From an uncultured delta proteobacterium (lineage in GTDB: Bacteria; Myxococcota_A; Polyangia; Haliangiales; Haliangiaceae): a stretch of 64,000 bases of DNA. The notes under the pieces were generated by a model, which had not been told where the DNA came from, made no database searches, and was given only the letters and a program-made list of their open reading frames with translations. This document shows, piece after piece, positions 33,113 through 42,160 of the stretch. Each line of letters starts with the position of its first letter. Position 1 is the stretch's first letter. Position numbers and translations under genes: made by a program. The stretch is taken from the NCBI GenBank assembly GCA_963743525.1, contig CAVUQH010000003.1, positions 832,001 to 896,000 of the forward strand, read 5' to 3'.

Positions 33113-34528
33113 ATGACCGCAGGCAACGGGTTCTTCGCGCAGGTAAACGCGGCGGTAGACCGGGCTGTTGCGTTGATGAAGTTCGAGCCGGGGATCCTCG
33201 AGCAGATCCGCGCGTGCGACTGCATCTACCGGGTGGCGTTTCCCACCCGGCGCGACGACGGCAGCATCGAGGTGATCCACGGCTGGCGGGCCGAGCACAG
33301 CCACCATCGCGCGCCGACCAAGGGCGGCATCCGCTACAGCATGATGGTGAGCGAGGACGAGGTAACCGCGCTGGCGGCGCTGATGACGTACAAGTGCGCC
33401 GTCGTCGACGTGCCGTTCGGCGGGGCCAAGGGCGGCCTCAGGATCGCGGCGTGGAAATATTCGCCGGCGGAGCTGGAGCGGATCACGCGGCGGTTCACCT
33501 TCGAGCTGACGAGGAAGAACCTGATCGGTCCCGGGGTGGACGTGCCGGCGCCGGACTATGGCACCGGCCCTCGCGAGATGGCGTGGATGGTCGACACCTA
33601 CTCGATGCTGCATCCGGGCGAGCTCGACTCGCTGGCCGCGGTCACCGGCAAGCCGGTCACCCAGGGCGGCATTCGCGGGCGCAACGAGGCCACCGGGCGC
33701 GGCGTCTACTTCGGCATCCGCGAGACCTGCGAGGACGAGGAGCTGGCGAAGAAGTGGGGACTGTCCCGCGGGTTCGCCGGCAAGCGGATCATCGTCCAGG
33801 GGCTGGGCAACGTCGGCTATCACGCGGCCAAGTTCTGCCAGGAGGGCGGCGGGGTGATCGTCGCCCTGGCCGAGTTCGACGGCGCCGTTCACGATCCCAA
33901 CGGGCTCGACGTCGACGCGGTCTATCGCCATTTCCGCGACTCGGGATCGATCCGCAACTTCCCCGGCGCGACGACGCTGGAGAGCTCGGCCGAGGCGCTC
34001 GAGCTCGACTGCGACATCCTGGTGCCGGCTGCCCTCGAGGGACAGATCACGGCCGAAAACGCGCCGCGGATTCGCGCGCGAGTCGTGGCCGAGGGCGCCA
34101 ACGGTCCGGTCACCTCGGAGGCCGACCAGATCCTGCGCGAGCGCGGTATCGGCCTCGTCCCCGACGTCTACCTCAACGCCGGCGGCGTGGTGGTGTCGTA
34201 CTTCGAATGGATCAAGAACCTGTCGCACATCCGCTTCGGGCGCATGGGCCATCGCCTCGAGCAACAGCACTCCGAGCGCCTGCTGCGCGCCATCGGGCAG
34301 ATGAGCGGCACACCGGAGATTCCAGAAGACGAGGTCCGCCGCATCACCGCCGGCAGCGATGAGGTGTCGCTGGTCCAGTCCGGTCTCGAGGACACGATGA
34401 TCACCGCGCTCGGCGAGATCCGCGCGGTGCAGAAGGAGCGTCCCGAGGTCGACCTGCGAACCGCGGCCTACGTCGTCGCGCTGACCAAGATCCGCCGCGC
34501 CTACGACGAGCTCGGCCTGTTTCCGTGA
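33113..34528 (+). CDS. gdhA: Glu/Leu/Phe/Val dehydrogenase, glutamate dehydrogenase type
   Basis: PTKGGIRY, MTYKCA, PFGGAKGG, DVPAPD, ATGRG, QGLGNVG and EGANGP motifs. Start may be 33107 or 33113. Confidence 0.9.
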   Translation: MTAGNGFFAQVNAAVDRAVALMKFEPGILEQIRACDCIYRVAFPTRRDDGSIEVIHGWRAEHSHHRAPTKGGIRYSMMVSEDEVTALAALMTYKCAVVDVPFGGAKGGLRIAAWKYSPAELERITRRFTFELTRKNLIGPGVDVPAPDYGTGPREMAWMVDTYSMLHPGELDSLAAVTGKPVTQGGIRGRNEATGRGVYFGIRETCEDEELAKKWGLSRGFAGKRIIVQGLGNVGYHAAKFCQEGGGVIVALAEFDGAVHDPNGLDVDAVYRHFRDSGSIRNFPGATTLESSAEALELDCDILVPAALEGQITAENAPRIRARVVAEGANGPVTSEADQILRERGIGLVPDVYLNAGGVVVSYFEWIKNLSHIRFGRMGHRLEQQHSERLLRAIGQMSGTPEIPEDEVRRITAGSDEVSLVQSGLEDTMITALGEIRAVQKERPEVDLRTAAYVVALTKIRRAYDELGLFP

Positions 34529-35589
34529 CGCCGGCGCAGGAGCAGCGCCGCCAATCCGGCCAGCGCCAGCGCGCCGCCGGGTGAACCGCCGCCGCCGTCG
34601 CAACAGCCGCCACCGGCCTGATCGCACGGCACGTAGCAGGCGCAGTCGCCGCCCGGTTCGATCTGCACGCACGAGTGACCGCCGCAGTCGCTGTCGGAGC
34701 TGCAGCTGTCGCCGAAGCCGCCGCCGTTCATCACCGGCAGCTGGCAGCGGTCGGCGCCGCAGACCATGCCCAGCGGGCAGTCTTCGTCGCCGGTGCACGG
34801 CGCGGTACAGATTTCGTCGACTCCGATGGTTGGCAGGGGACCCGGAGCGGTCTCGGCGTAGGTCAGATACGGGGCGATGAAGGCGTCGTAATAGGCGCCG
34901 ACGTTGACGTTGCTGGCGTAGGTGTCGCACGCGCGGTCACCGGCGGCGGTGACGCCGACGATCAGCTCGCCGCCGCTGCCGTCGCTGGCCAGGACCGGGC
35001 CGCCGCTGTCGCCGTCGCAGCTGAGGCCCGGCATCGGCTCGGTGCGAATGCGCATGCCGGCTACCTCGGTGACCAACGACGTACCGGTCCGCTTGGTGCC
35101 CAGGGTGCCGGTGCCGTCGGAGCCGAAGCCGACCACGCGCACCTGGCTGCCGACCAGGGTCGCGTCGGCGGCCATCGTCGCCAGCGGCACCGGGGGCGGC
35201 GCGGCCGCCTCGTCGAGTAGCATCATCGCCAGGTCGTTGGTCGAGTCGAGCTCGTAGTCGGGGTGGAGCTGCTGTTCGACGACCGTGCGGTAGGTGCCCG
35301 TCCCGGAGGTGTCGTCGCCGAAGAAGATGCTGCTGCCGGGGCCCAGCGCGTCGGCGCAGTGGGCGGCGGTTAGCACCACCCGCGGCGCGATCAACACGCC
35401 GGTGCACGAGACCAGCATCGGCTGGCCGCAGGCCAGCGGCCGGCGACCGATGGCGACCACCGCCGGATCGCCGCCGGCGGGCACCACATCGCCGCCGCTG
35501 ATCGCTGCGGTACCGCTGCCGGTTGACGGCTCGGTCGCGCAGGCGCTCATCAGCGCCAGCGCGCCGAGGACCGTGGCCGCGCGCTTCAC
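34501..35589 (-). CDS. trypsin-like (S1) serine protease lipoprotein with a MYXO-CTERM-like tail
   Basis: CTGVLI, LTAAHC, NDLA and CDGDSGGP catalytic motifs; C-terminal GGGC...LALAGLAALLLRRR. Confidence 0.88.
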   Translation of the reverse strand: MKRAATVLGALALMSACATEPSTGSGTAAISGGDVVPAGGDPAVVAIGRRPLACGQPMLVSCTGVLIAPRVVLTAAHCADALGPGSSIFFGDDTSGTGTYRTVVEQQLHPDYELDSTNDLAMMLLDEAAAPPPVPLATMAADATLVGSQVRVVGFGSDGTGTLGTKRTGTSLVTEVAGMRIRTEPMPGLSCDGDSGGPVLASDGSGGELIVGVTAAGDRACDTYASNVNVGAYYDAFIAPYLTYAETAPGPLPTIGVDEICTAPCTGDEDCPLGMVCGADRCQLPVMNGGGFGDSCSSDSDCGGHSCVQIEPGGDCACYVPCDQAGGGCCDGGGGSPGGALALAGLAALLLRRRHGNRPSSS

Positions 35590-37292
35590 GGACAGTCACC
35601 TTCGCGGATCAGCAGCTTCTGATTGGCGGCCACGCCGGTGCAGTGATCGACGGTGCGGCCGGGTGCCGGCCAGTCGACGGTGACGTTGACGGTGGTGGCG
35701 TCGCCCAGGCCGACGTGCAGCTGCGACTGCGGCGGCGCCAGATAGCCGCCGCCGCCGGTGCGTTCGCGGATGATCGGCGGCTGCCCGGCGGCGTCTACTT
35801 CGACGCGGGCGCCGATGCCGTCGCGGTTGGCCAGGCCGTTGGCCGTCGCCCGGGCGCCGCCTTCGAGCCGGATGATCAGCCAGTTTCCGCGGGCCGCCTG
35901 GTTGCGGTAGACCAGCAGTCCCGGCACCTGCGGGCCGCTGAAATCGATCTGCCCGACGACCAGGTCGAGGTCACCGTCGCCGTCGATGTCGCCGGCGGTA
36001 GCACTGCGCGAGCCCTGAGCGGAGGCGACGCCGGACCCGGAGCCCACGGGTTCGAACCGCCCACCGACGTTGTGCAGCAGCGCGTTGGGCTGCAGCCACG
36101 CGTCCTGATAGACGCGCGGGTCGTTGCGGACTTGACCGTCGGCCACGAACAGATCCTCCCAGCCGTCCTGGTCGAAGTCCAGGAATACGGCCGCCCAGCT
36201 GGTCAGCGCCGGGCGATTCGGATCAGCGACGTAGCGCGCCTGGTAGTCGGCGATGGCGCGCTCGTCTGCATCCGCGGAGCCGGCATCGGCCGGTGTATAG
36301 GTGAAGTCGATGCTGTCGTCAGCGGTGTCGCACAGGCCGGCGCCGCGATCGCGGGCGACGTTGACGAAGGCGCCGCCCTGCTGCTCGGCCAGCACGTTGC
36401 AGCCGATGTTGGTCAGGTAGTAGTCGAGATCACCGTCGCGGTCGTAGTCGCTGGTGCTGATGTTCATGGCGTAGATGCCGACGTCGAGCCCGGCTGGCGT
36501 GTCGTCGGTCATCGCCGGCGGATCAGAGCCGTCGTTGCGGAAGAAGCGGGTGCGCGGCGACAGCACGCCGAAGTCGTTGCCCTCGAACAGATCCATGTCG
36601 CCATCGCCGTCGGGATCGCTCATGGCCACGGTGGTGGTAAAGCGGGCGCCGCCGACGCCGACCTCGGCAGTGGCGTCGCGGAACGAGCCGCCGCCCTCGT
36701 TGTGGTAGAGCACGTTGGCCTGCGGCTCGCTGGTGCCCAGGTAATCGGCCCAATTGCCGACGTACAGATCCAGCAGTCCGTCGCCGTCGTAGTCGCCCCA
36801 GGCCGCCGTCGTGCCCCAGCCGGTGTCGCCGACCCCCGCGCTGTCGGTGACGTTGACGAAGACACCATCGTCGTTGCGCAAGAGCAGGTTGCCCTGCTGG
36901 CTGGTCAGGTAGAGGTTGACGTCGCCGTCGTTGTCGAAGTCGCCGGGGGCGACCCCGTGGATGCCGATCAGTCCGGCGAGGCCGACGGCGCTGGTCGCTT
37001 CGCTGAAGCCGCCGCTGCCGTCACCGAACGCAAACGAAGTTGCGAAGGCGTCGCCACCGGCGAACAGATCGAGGGCGCCGTCTCCGTCGACGTCGATCAG
37101 CGCCACGCCCGAGCCGTAGAAGTCGTTGCGGTGCGAGATGCCGCCGGTCAGGCAGAAGTTGACGCTGGCCCCATCCGGGCCATCGCAGCGCACGGCGGCC
37201 AGGGGCTGTGGATCGTCCCCGGTCATCTGCTGGCCGCCCCCACCACATCCACCTTGGATCAGTTGTCCAAGAACTGTGCAGAACAGTATCAA
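35586..37292 (-). CDS. CRTAC1 / ASPIC-UnbV FG-GAP repeat protein
   Basis: Multiple GDxDxDGDxD repeats; NRDGIGARV and GGGYL...LHVGLG (ASPIC/UnbV). Start is uncertain (TTG 37292). Confidence 0.85.
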   Translation of the reverse strand: MILFCTVLGQLIQGGCGGGGQQMTGDDPQPLAAVRCDGPDGASVNFCLTGGISHRNDFYGSGVALIDVDGDGALDLFAGGDAFATSFAFGDGSGGFSEATSAVGLAGLIGIHGVAPGDFDNDGDVNLYLTSQQGNLLLRNDDGVFVNVTDSAGVGDTGWGTTAAWGDYDGDGLLDLYVGNWADYLGTSEPQANVLYHNEGGGSFRDATAEVGVGGARFTTTVAMSDPDGDGDMDLFEGNDFGVLSPRTRFFRNDGSDPPAMTDDTPAGLDVGIYAMNISTSDYDRDGDLDYYLTNIGCNVLAEQQGGAFVNVARDRGAGLCDTADDSIDFTYTPADAGSADADERAIADYQARYVADPNRPALTSWAAVFLDFDQDGWEDLFVADGQVRNDPRVYQDAWLQPNALLHNVGGRFEPVGSGSGVASAQGSRSATAGDIDGDGDLDLVVGQIDFSGPQVPGLLVYRNQAARGNWLIIRLEGGARATANGLANRDGIGARVEVDAAGQPPIIRERTGGGGYLAPPQSQLHVGLGDATTVNVTVDWPAPGRTVDHCTGVAANQKLLIREGDCP

Positions 37293-37295
37293 CCT

Positions 37296-37311
37296 TGAAC
37301 AGATCTGTTCA
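37296..37311. promoter_or_regulatory. perfect 16-bp palindrome, candidate activator-binding site
   Basis: TGAACAGATCTGTTCA in an AT-rich divergent intergenic region. Confidence 0.5.
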
Positions 37312-37373
37312 GTCTGTACAGGTGTTGAACAGAGCGATGTAACCCTGTGTATTACATTTCGGCTAGTTAAGGC

Positions 37374-37389
37374 TGGCATGTCGGCTGCA
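37374..37389 (+). promoter_or_regulatory. putative sigma54 promoter
   Basis: TGGCATgtcggcTGCA has GG-N10-GC spacing, about 65 nt upstream of ATG 37453. Confidence 0.55.
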
Positions 37390-37452
37390 AAACGTATGGC
37401 CTGCAAGATTCATTACGCACCTTGCAATGCCTCGGACCCCAAAGGAGCCGAT

Positions 37453-38328
37453 ATGAAGCGCATCCCAGCCACCCTGGCCGCCGTACTTCTTCTCACCGTT
37501 GCCGGTTGCGCGACGCAGGAGGACACAGGCTCCGTCGGTGATCTGGAGCTCCAGATGACCTCCAACTCCGTGGACGGTACCTTCACCGCCTCCACCGGCG
37601 ACTTGCTCGAGTTCCACAGCGTGGCGACCGCCCCCGACACCATCGAGATCAGCGTCGAGCTCCGCGGCATGATGCTGATGGCCACCATGGACGTCACCGG
37701 CGCCATGGATCTGGACGTCTTCTCGCTGGCCAACGGCCAGGACACGCAGATCCTCGAGGCCGACCGTGCGGTGCTGGGTGAGTTCTCGAGCGCGGTCTTC
37801 GACTACGACCCGAACACCACGTTCGTGCCGCTGAGCAAGCTCGAGCGCATCTCCAGCATGTGGGCCTCCTGGCCCGAGACCAACGTGGCGAGCCGCCTCG
37901 TGCTCGGCCAGGCCGACCACAGCTACACCAGCCTGTGCGGCTACATCAACTATTACGTCAAGTTCACCCACGACGGCCCCGGCAGCTGGGTCGGCGGCTG
38001 CGGCAGGGACAACTGGGACGACAAGTCAACCTACTACGGCCTGGTCAACTCCGAGGGCGCCTGCAGCGGCAGCAGCGACGGCACCAAGTTCACCGCCGAC
38101 GGTGCCAGCTGGAAGTGCTACGAGCCGGACCACAGCAAGTCGATGGAGTACGCCCGCGGCGAGTGCTTCGCCCAGTGCGGCAACGGCTGCGGCAGCCCCG
38201 ACTTCTCGGTCGACTGTGGCGACCACGACAGCTGCGTCCGCTTTGGCCACGCGCTGGTCTCCATCTCCTGCCAGGACGAGTTCGACAGCACGCTCGACGA
38301 TTCGGCGTTTACGCCCGTCTGCAAGTGA
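37453..38328 (+). CDS. lipoprotein with a Cys-rich C-terminal domain carrying a C-x-x-H-D-x-C motif
   Basis: AAGGAG RBS; lipobox VAGC; GECFAQCGNGCG...DCGDHDSC. Confidence 0.75.
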   Translation: MKRIPATLAAVLLLTVAGCATQEDTGSVGDLELQMTSNSVDGTFTASTGDLLEFHSVATAPDTIEISVELRGMMLMATMDVTGAMDLDVFSLANGQDTQILEADRAVLGEFSSAVFDYDPNTTFVPLSKLERISSMWASWPETNVASRLVLGQADHSYTSLCGYINYYVKFTHDGPGSWVGGCGRDNWDDKSTYYGLVNSEGACSGSSDGTKFTADGASWKCYEPDHSKSMEYARGECFAQCGNGCGSPDFSVDCGDHDSCVRFGHALVSISCQDEFDSTLDDSAFTPVCK

Positions 38329-38347
38329 GCGTGTATCATAGCCGCCG

Positions 38348-38965
38348 ATGGCTACCCGGCCGAACAGGTCGAAGTTGATCCTCGCGGCCACCGTGGCGCT
38401 CGCCGTCGCGGTGGCCGTGCTGCTTTGGAAGAGCCGTGCCGGTTCGGACGAGCCGGCTGCGGTCGCGCCCGCGGCCGCGGATGGCGACGGCGCCGCGGGA
38501 TCGAGCGGTGCCCGCGCGTCGTCCGAAGGCCCACCTCCGACGCTGGACAACGCGGCCCCGGTCTCGGACCCGTCGGCCCTGCCGCCGGAGCGACCGCGCC
38601 GTCCCAGCGAGGGGCTCGATCCGCGCGACGTGCCGCCGCCCAAGGGCGTGGCCAACGTCCAGCGCCCCTCGGGTGACGTGACGATGCCGTTCCGCCTGGA
38701 GAAGACCAGGCACATGATCTCGCTGCTCGAGGAGCGGGCCGATTGGATGGAGCAGCACATCACCGAGGCCGAGCAGGCCGGCGACGCCAAGGAAGCGGCC
38801 AAGGGGCGCATCATCCTGCAGCGGCTGCGCTCGCGCATCACCGCGGTCAAGCAGGAGCTGTCCGACGACCAGGCCGGCAACCCGCCGACCGAGGGCGACG
38901 ACAAGCGCGCCGGTCAGCCGCCGCCGATGCAGCAGGAGTTCGCCCCGCCGAAGAGCAAGCCGTGA
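38348..38965 (+). CDS. hypothetical membrane-anchored protein (Pro-rich linker, helical C-terminus)
   Basis: N-terminal TM segment; operon-like spacing to its neighbours. Confidence 0.65.
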   Translation: MATRPNRSKLILAATVALAVAVAVLLWKSRAGSDEPAAVAPAAADGDGAAGSSGARASSEGPPPTLDNAAPVSDPSALPPERPRRPSEGLDPRDVPPPKGVANVQRPSGDVTMPFRLEKTRHMISLLEERADWMEQHITEAEQAGDAKEAAKGRIILQRLRSRITAVKQELSDDQAGNPPTEGDDKRAGQPPPMQQEFAPPKSKP

Positions 38966-40395
38966 CCGGGCGGGGGGGATGGCTCGTGCTCGCGGTCGCC
39001 GCGCTGTCCGCGAGCCCCGGTTGTGGCGACAACGAGGGCGGCGCCGACGGCGGTGACTGGACGGTGCCGATGGAGTTCGGCTTCGAGGGCTCGCTGGCGC
39101 TGTGCGATCTCGACGGCGACGGCCGCCCGGAGCTGGTCGGCTCGATGACGTCGTTCTTCGGCGACCTGATGCCGGACAGCTACGTAATCGCGGTCGACGC
39201 CACCCGCGGCACGGTGCGGGCGCAGACCGACCCCGGCGTCGGCGGCTTTGCCTATCCGTTCTGCGTCGACGTGGACGGCGACGGCGTCCTCGACGTGCTG
39301 GTGTCCGGGCGCAGCGGCGACGTCGAGGCACTGTCGGGCACCGACCTGCGGTCGATCTGGTCGCTCGACGCCAACAACCCCGGCCTGCTCGACGGCAACA
39401 CCTACTCGGTGGTGGCGCCGGCCGGCGATTCGACCACCCTGTTCGTGGTCGACGGCGGCGGCGGCAACCCGGAGATCAACGAGCCGGACGTGCCCGGCAA
39501 GCTGGTCGCCTTCGGCACCGACGGCATGGTCGTGGGCACCTGGCAGCCGCCGGGGATGCCCGAGATGTACAGCTCGCCGGCCGTGCTGGTGCGCGGCGGG
39601 CAAACGCTCCTGGCCGTCGGCACCGGCGGCGAGCGGCTGCAGGGCGACCTCTACCTGTTGTCGTGGGACGAGGGCAGCGGCACGTTCACGCCGCTATGGA
39701 ACCAGCCGTCGCTGTGCACCAACGGCGGCTTCGTCGCCAGCCCGATGATCGGCGACATCACCGGCGACGGAACGCCCGACGTGGTCGACACCGACTTCTG
39801 CGGCCGCGTCTACGCCTTCGATCTGGCCGGCAACCCGCTGTGGACCTACGACGCCGACCTGTATTACGGCTCGGCCAACCCGCTGCTCGCCGACCTCGAC
39901 GGCGACGGCGTGCTCGACGTGACCGCGGTGTTCGAGTCGGTCAACTACAGCTTCTTCTCGCAGACGCTGACCGACCCGCACAGCGACGTGATCGCGCTGC
40001 GCGGAATCGACGGTTCCCCGCTGTGGACCAAGCGGATGGATCAGCTGGTCTTCACCTCGCCGCTGTCGGCCGACTACGACGGCGACGGCGTCGAGGACGT
40101 GTGGATCGCCGGCGCCTCGACGCCGTTCGACGACGACCTGATGGCCGAGACCCGCGTCTTCTCCGGTACCTCCGGCGACACGCTGTACGAGCTGCCCGCC
40201 GGCAACATGACCGGCACCCCGGTGCTGGGCGACGTCGACGGCGACGGCAGGCTCGATCTGATCGTCACCGACCTCGAGGGCCCGCGCATGCCCGGCGTGA
40301 TCCAGCGGGTCGAGCTTCCCGACGTCGGCTACGACCCGGCGCGCTCGTGGAGCGGCTTCCGCGGCCAGCCGGCGCACGACGGCGTGCGCCGGTGA
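38962..40395 (+). CDS. FG-GAP/VCBS repeat beta-propeller lipoprotein
   Basis: GTGA overlap; lipobox SPGC; repeated DLDGDG motifs with SP/TP starts. Confidence 0.8.
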   Translation: MTGRGGWLVLAVAALSASPGCGDNEGGADGGDWTVPMEFGFEGSLALCDLDGDGRPELVGSMTSFFGDLMPDSYVIAVDATRGTVRAQTDPGVGGFAYPFCVDVDGDGVLDVLVSGRSGDVEALSGTDLRSIWSLDANNPGLLDGNTYSVVAPAGDSTTLFVVDGGGGNPEINEPDVPGKLVAFGTDGMVVGTWQPPGMPEMYSSPAVLVRGGQTLLAVGTGGERLQGDLYLLSWDEGSGTFTPLWNQPSLCTNGGFVASPMIGDITGDGTPDVVDTDFCGRVYAFDLAGNPLWTYDADLYYGSANPLLADLDGDGVLDVTAVFESVNYSFFSQTLTDPHSDVIALRGIDGSPLWTKRMDQLVFTSPLSADYDGDGVEDVWIAGASTPFDDDLMAETRVFSGTSGDTLYELPAGNMTGTPVLGDVDGDGRLDLIVTDLEGPRMPGVIQRVELPDVGYDPARSWSGFRGQPAHDGVRR

Positions 40396-40764
40396 CTACA
40401 TCTTGGTGATCACCCAGCGGTTGTTCTGCAGCTCGACGCGGATGATCGCCATCTTGGTCTTGCCCGCGACCATCACGTGAATCAGCCGCGCGTCGGGGTC
40501 GCGGCCATCCGGCTGGTTGTCGTCGATGGAGATCATGCGCATGCCGCCGACGTCACCGAGCACCTTGTCGCAGCCCTGCTTGTGCATCTCGCGGCCGAGG
40601 TCGCCGCCGATGGTGCGCATCAGCAGGTCGCAGTCGTGTCGCTCCAGCCCGGTGAAGAAGTCGCGCACGGTCTGCTCGGCGGCCTCGGGGCTGGGCCGCT
40701 CGGAATGGGAGCAGGCGACCGGCGCGAGGCACAGCACGAGGGCGATCGAAACGGCCCGGAGCAT
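40396..40764 (-). CDS. small lipoprotein (NTF2/DUF4878-like)
   Basis: Lipobox PVAC; PEAAEQTVRDFF and C-terminal NNRWVI. Confidence 0.65.
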   Translation of the reverse strand: MLRAVSIALVLCLAPVACSHSERPSPEAAEQTVRDFFTGLERHDCDLLMRTIGGDLGREMHKQGCDKVLGDVGGMRMISIDDNQPDGRDPDARLIHVMVAGKTKMAIIRVELQNNRWVITKM

Positions 40765-40779
40765 GGACTGATGATACCG

Positions 40780-42138
40780 CTACTGCGGCCCCGGCGGCAG
40801 GTAGCGCGGCCAGCGCTCGCGCCACTCCTCGGCGGCCCGCGACAGCGGCCCGAGCAGGCCCGTGGGCGGCTGGTCGAGCGCCAGCTCGCGCCGCAGGTAG
40901 TCGGCAAAGGCGGCGCGGCGGGCCGGGTCCTGGAACGGCGGCGGCCGCCCCTGCACGGCGATCCAGTGGTCGGTGTACTGCACGCCGGGCCGCTGGTAGC
41001 CGGGCTTCTTGGGCATGTGACACGAGACGCAGTCGCTGCCGGAAGCGACCTTCACTGTGTGGTGCGAGGCTGCAGGTTTTGCGTGGCAGCGCAGGCAGAC
41101 GGCGTGGGTGCGCTCGGCGGTCTTCTTCGGGTCGATGTTGTCGTGCGGGCTGTGGCAGTCGAGGCAGCTCGGCCGATCGGCGTCGGCGGTCAGGCGGAAG
41201 CAGTCGCTCAGCATCAGACTGACGCTGGCAAAGCGGGCCAGCTGGGCGTCGTGGTCGAGCACGAACGGCGGGTACGACGTGGACGGCCGGCCGTGGCACT
41301 GGCCGCAGAAGCGGACCTGCTCGGTCGGCGCCAGGTCGCCGGGCTGGAAGATCGCCGGATCGTCGCTGTCCATCACCGTGGCCGCGTGCACGCTGCCCGG
41401 ACCGTGGCAGCGCTCGCACTGGATGCCGAAGACGGTGTTGGAGACGTCGAGCACGTCGTCGGCCCAGACCGGCCTGGTGGTGTGGCAGAACAGGCAGTGC
41501 TCGGTGGCGTTGGGTTTTTGCGGCACCCCGATCACGCCGGGGGTGTGGCCGGGGCTGACCGCCCAGATCTTTTTGGCCAGGTAGTAGCTGGCGCCCAGCT
41601 CGACGATGCGCCGGTCCTGCCACAGCGCGATCGGCGTGAGCTGGGTGGCCGAGCCGATCAGCACGGCGACGTCCAGGCTGGCCGGGCCGCGCGCCGGCGG
41701 CTTCACGGTCTCGATGACCACGCCGCTCTCGGTGCGGCGGTAGTGGGGCAGGGTGTCGGGCTGGTACGGCGACGCCAGGCGAGCCCTGGAAAACCAGCGG
41801 TCGCGATCGCTGGCGACGATCCTGCGGCTGGTCTGGGCCATGTGATGATCGACGGCGCGGGCGGCCAGCTCGCGGTGGCACTCGGCGCACGCGGCCGATC
41901 CGATCGGCTGGGCGCGCGCGCGCAGGCGCTCCCACCCGGCCTGCCATCCGCTGGGCGGTGGCGGGGTTGGCGCTCCCGGCCCGCCGAAGACGTCCTCGGG
42001 GCGGGTGACCGGCGGCCGCCGGTGGTGCTGTTTGCGCGCCCGGTGCTCGGACGATTTGCACCCCACCACTGCCGCGACGACGAGGCCGATCGCGGCGGCG
42101 CGGCTCCACCTGGCGACGCTGCGCTCACCCCTCCGCAC
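40780..42138 (-). CDS. multiheme c-type cytochrome lipoprotein (7 CxxCH)
   Basis: CAECH, CLFCH, CERCH, CGQCH, CLDCH, CLRCH and CVSCH; lipobox VVGC. Confidence 0.88.
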   Translation of the reverse strand: MRRGERSVARWSRAAAIGLVVAAVVGCKSSEHRARKQHHRRPPVTRPEDVFGGPGAPTPPPPSGWQAGWERLRARAQPIGSAACAECHRELAARAVDHHMAQTSRRIVASDRDRWFSRARLASPYQPDTLPHYRRTESGVVIETVKPPARGPASLDVAVLIGSATQLTPIALWQDRRIVELGASYYLAKKIWAVSPGHTPGVIGVPQKPNATEHCLFCHTTRPVWADDVLDVSNTVFGIQCERCHGPGSVHAATVMDSDDPAIFQPGDLAPTEQVRFCGQCHGRPSTSYPPFVLDHDAQLARFASVSLMLSDCFRLTADADRPSCLDCHSPHDNIDPKKTAERTHAVCLRCHAKPAASHHTVKVASGSDCVSCHMPKKPGYQRPGVQYTDHWIAVQGRPPPFQDPARRAAFADYLRRELALDQPPTGLLGPLSRAAEEWRERWPRYLPPGPQ

Positions 42139-42160
42139 GCGCGGTCAGGGTAGCACGGGG

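Noticed and set aside
37296..37330. LexA (SOS) box
   Set aside because: The GAAC/GTTC half-sites are 6 nt apart rather than 4, and the flanking genes are not DNA-repair genes.
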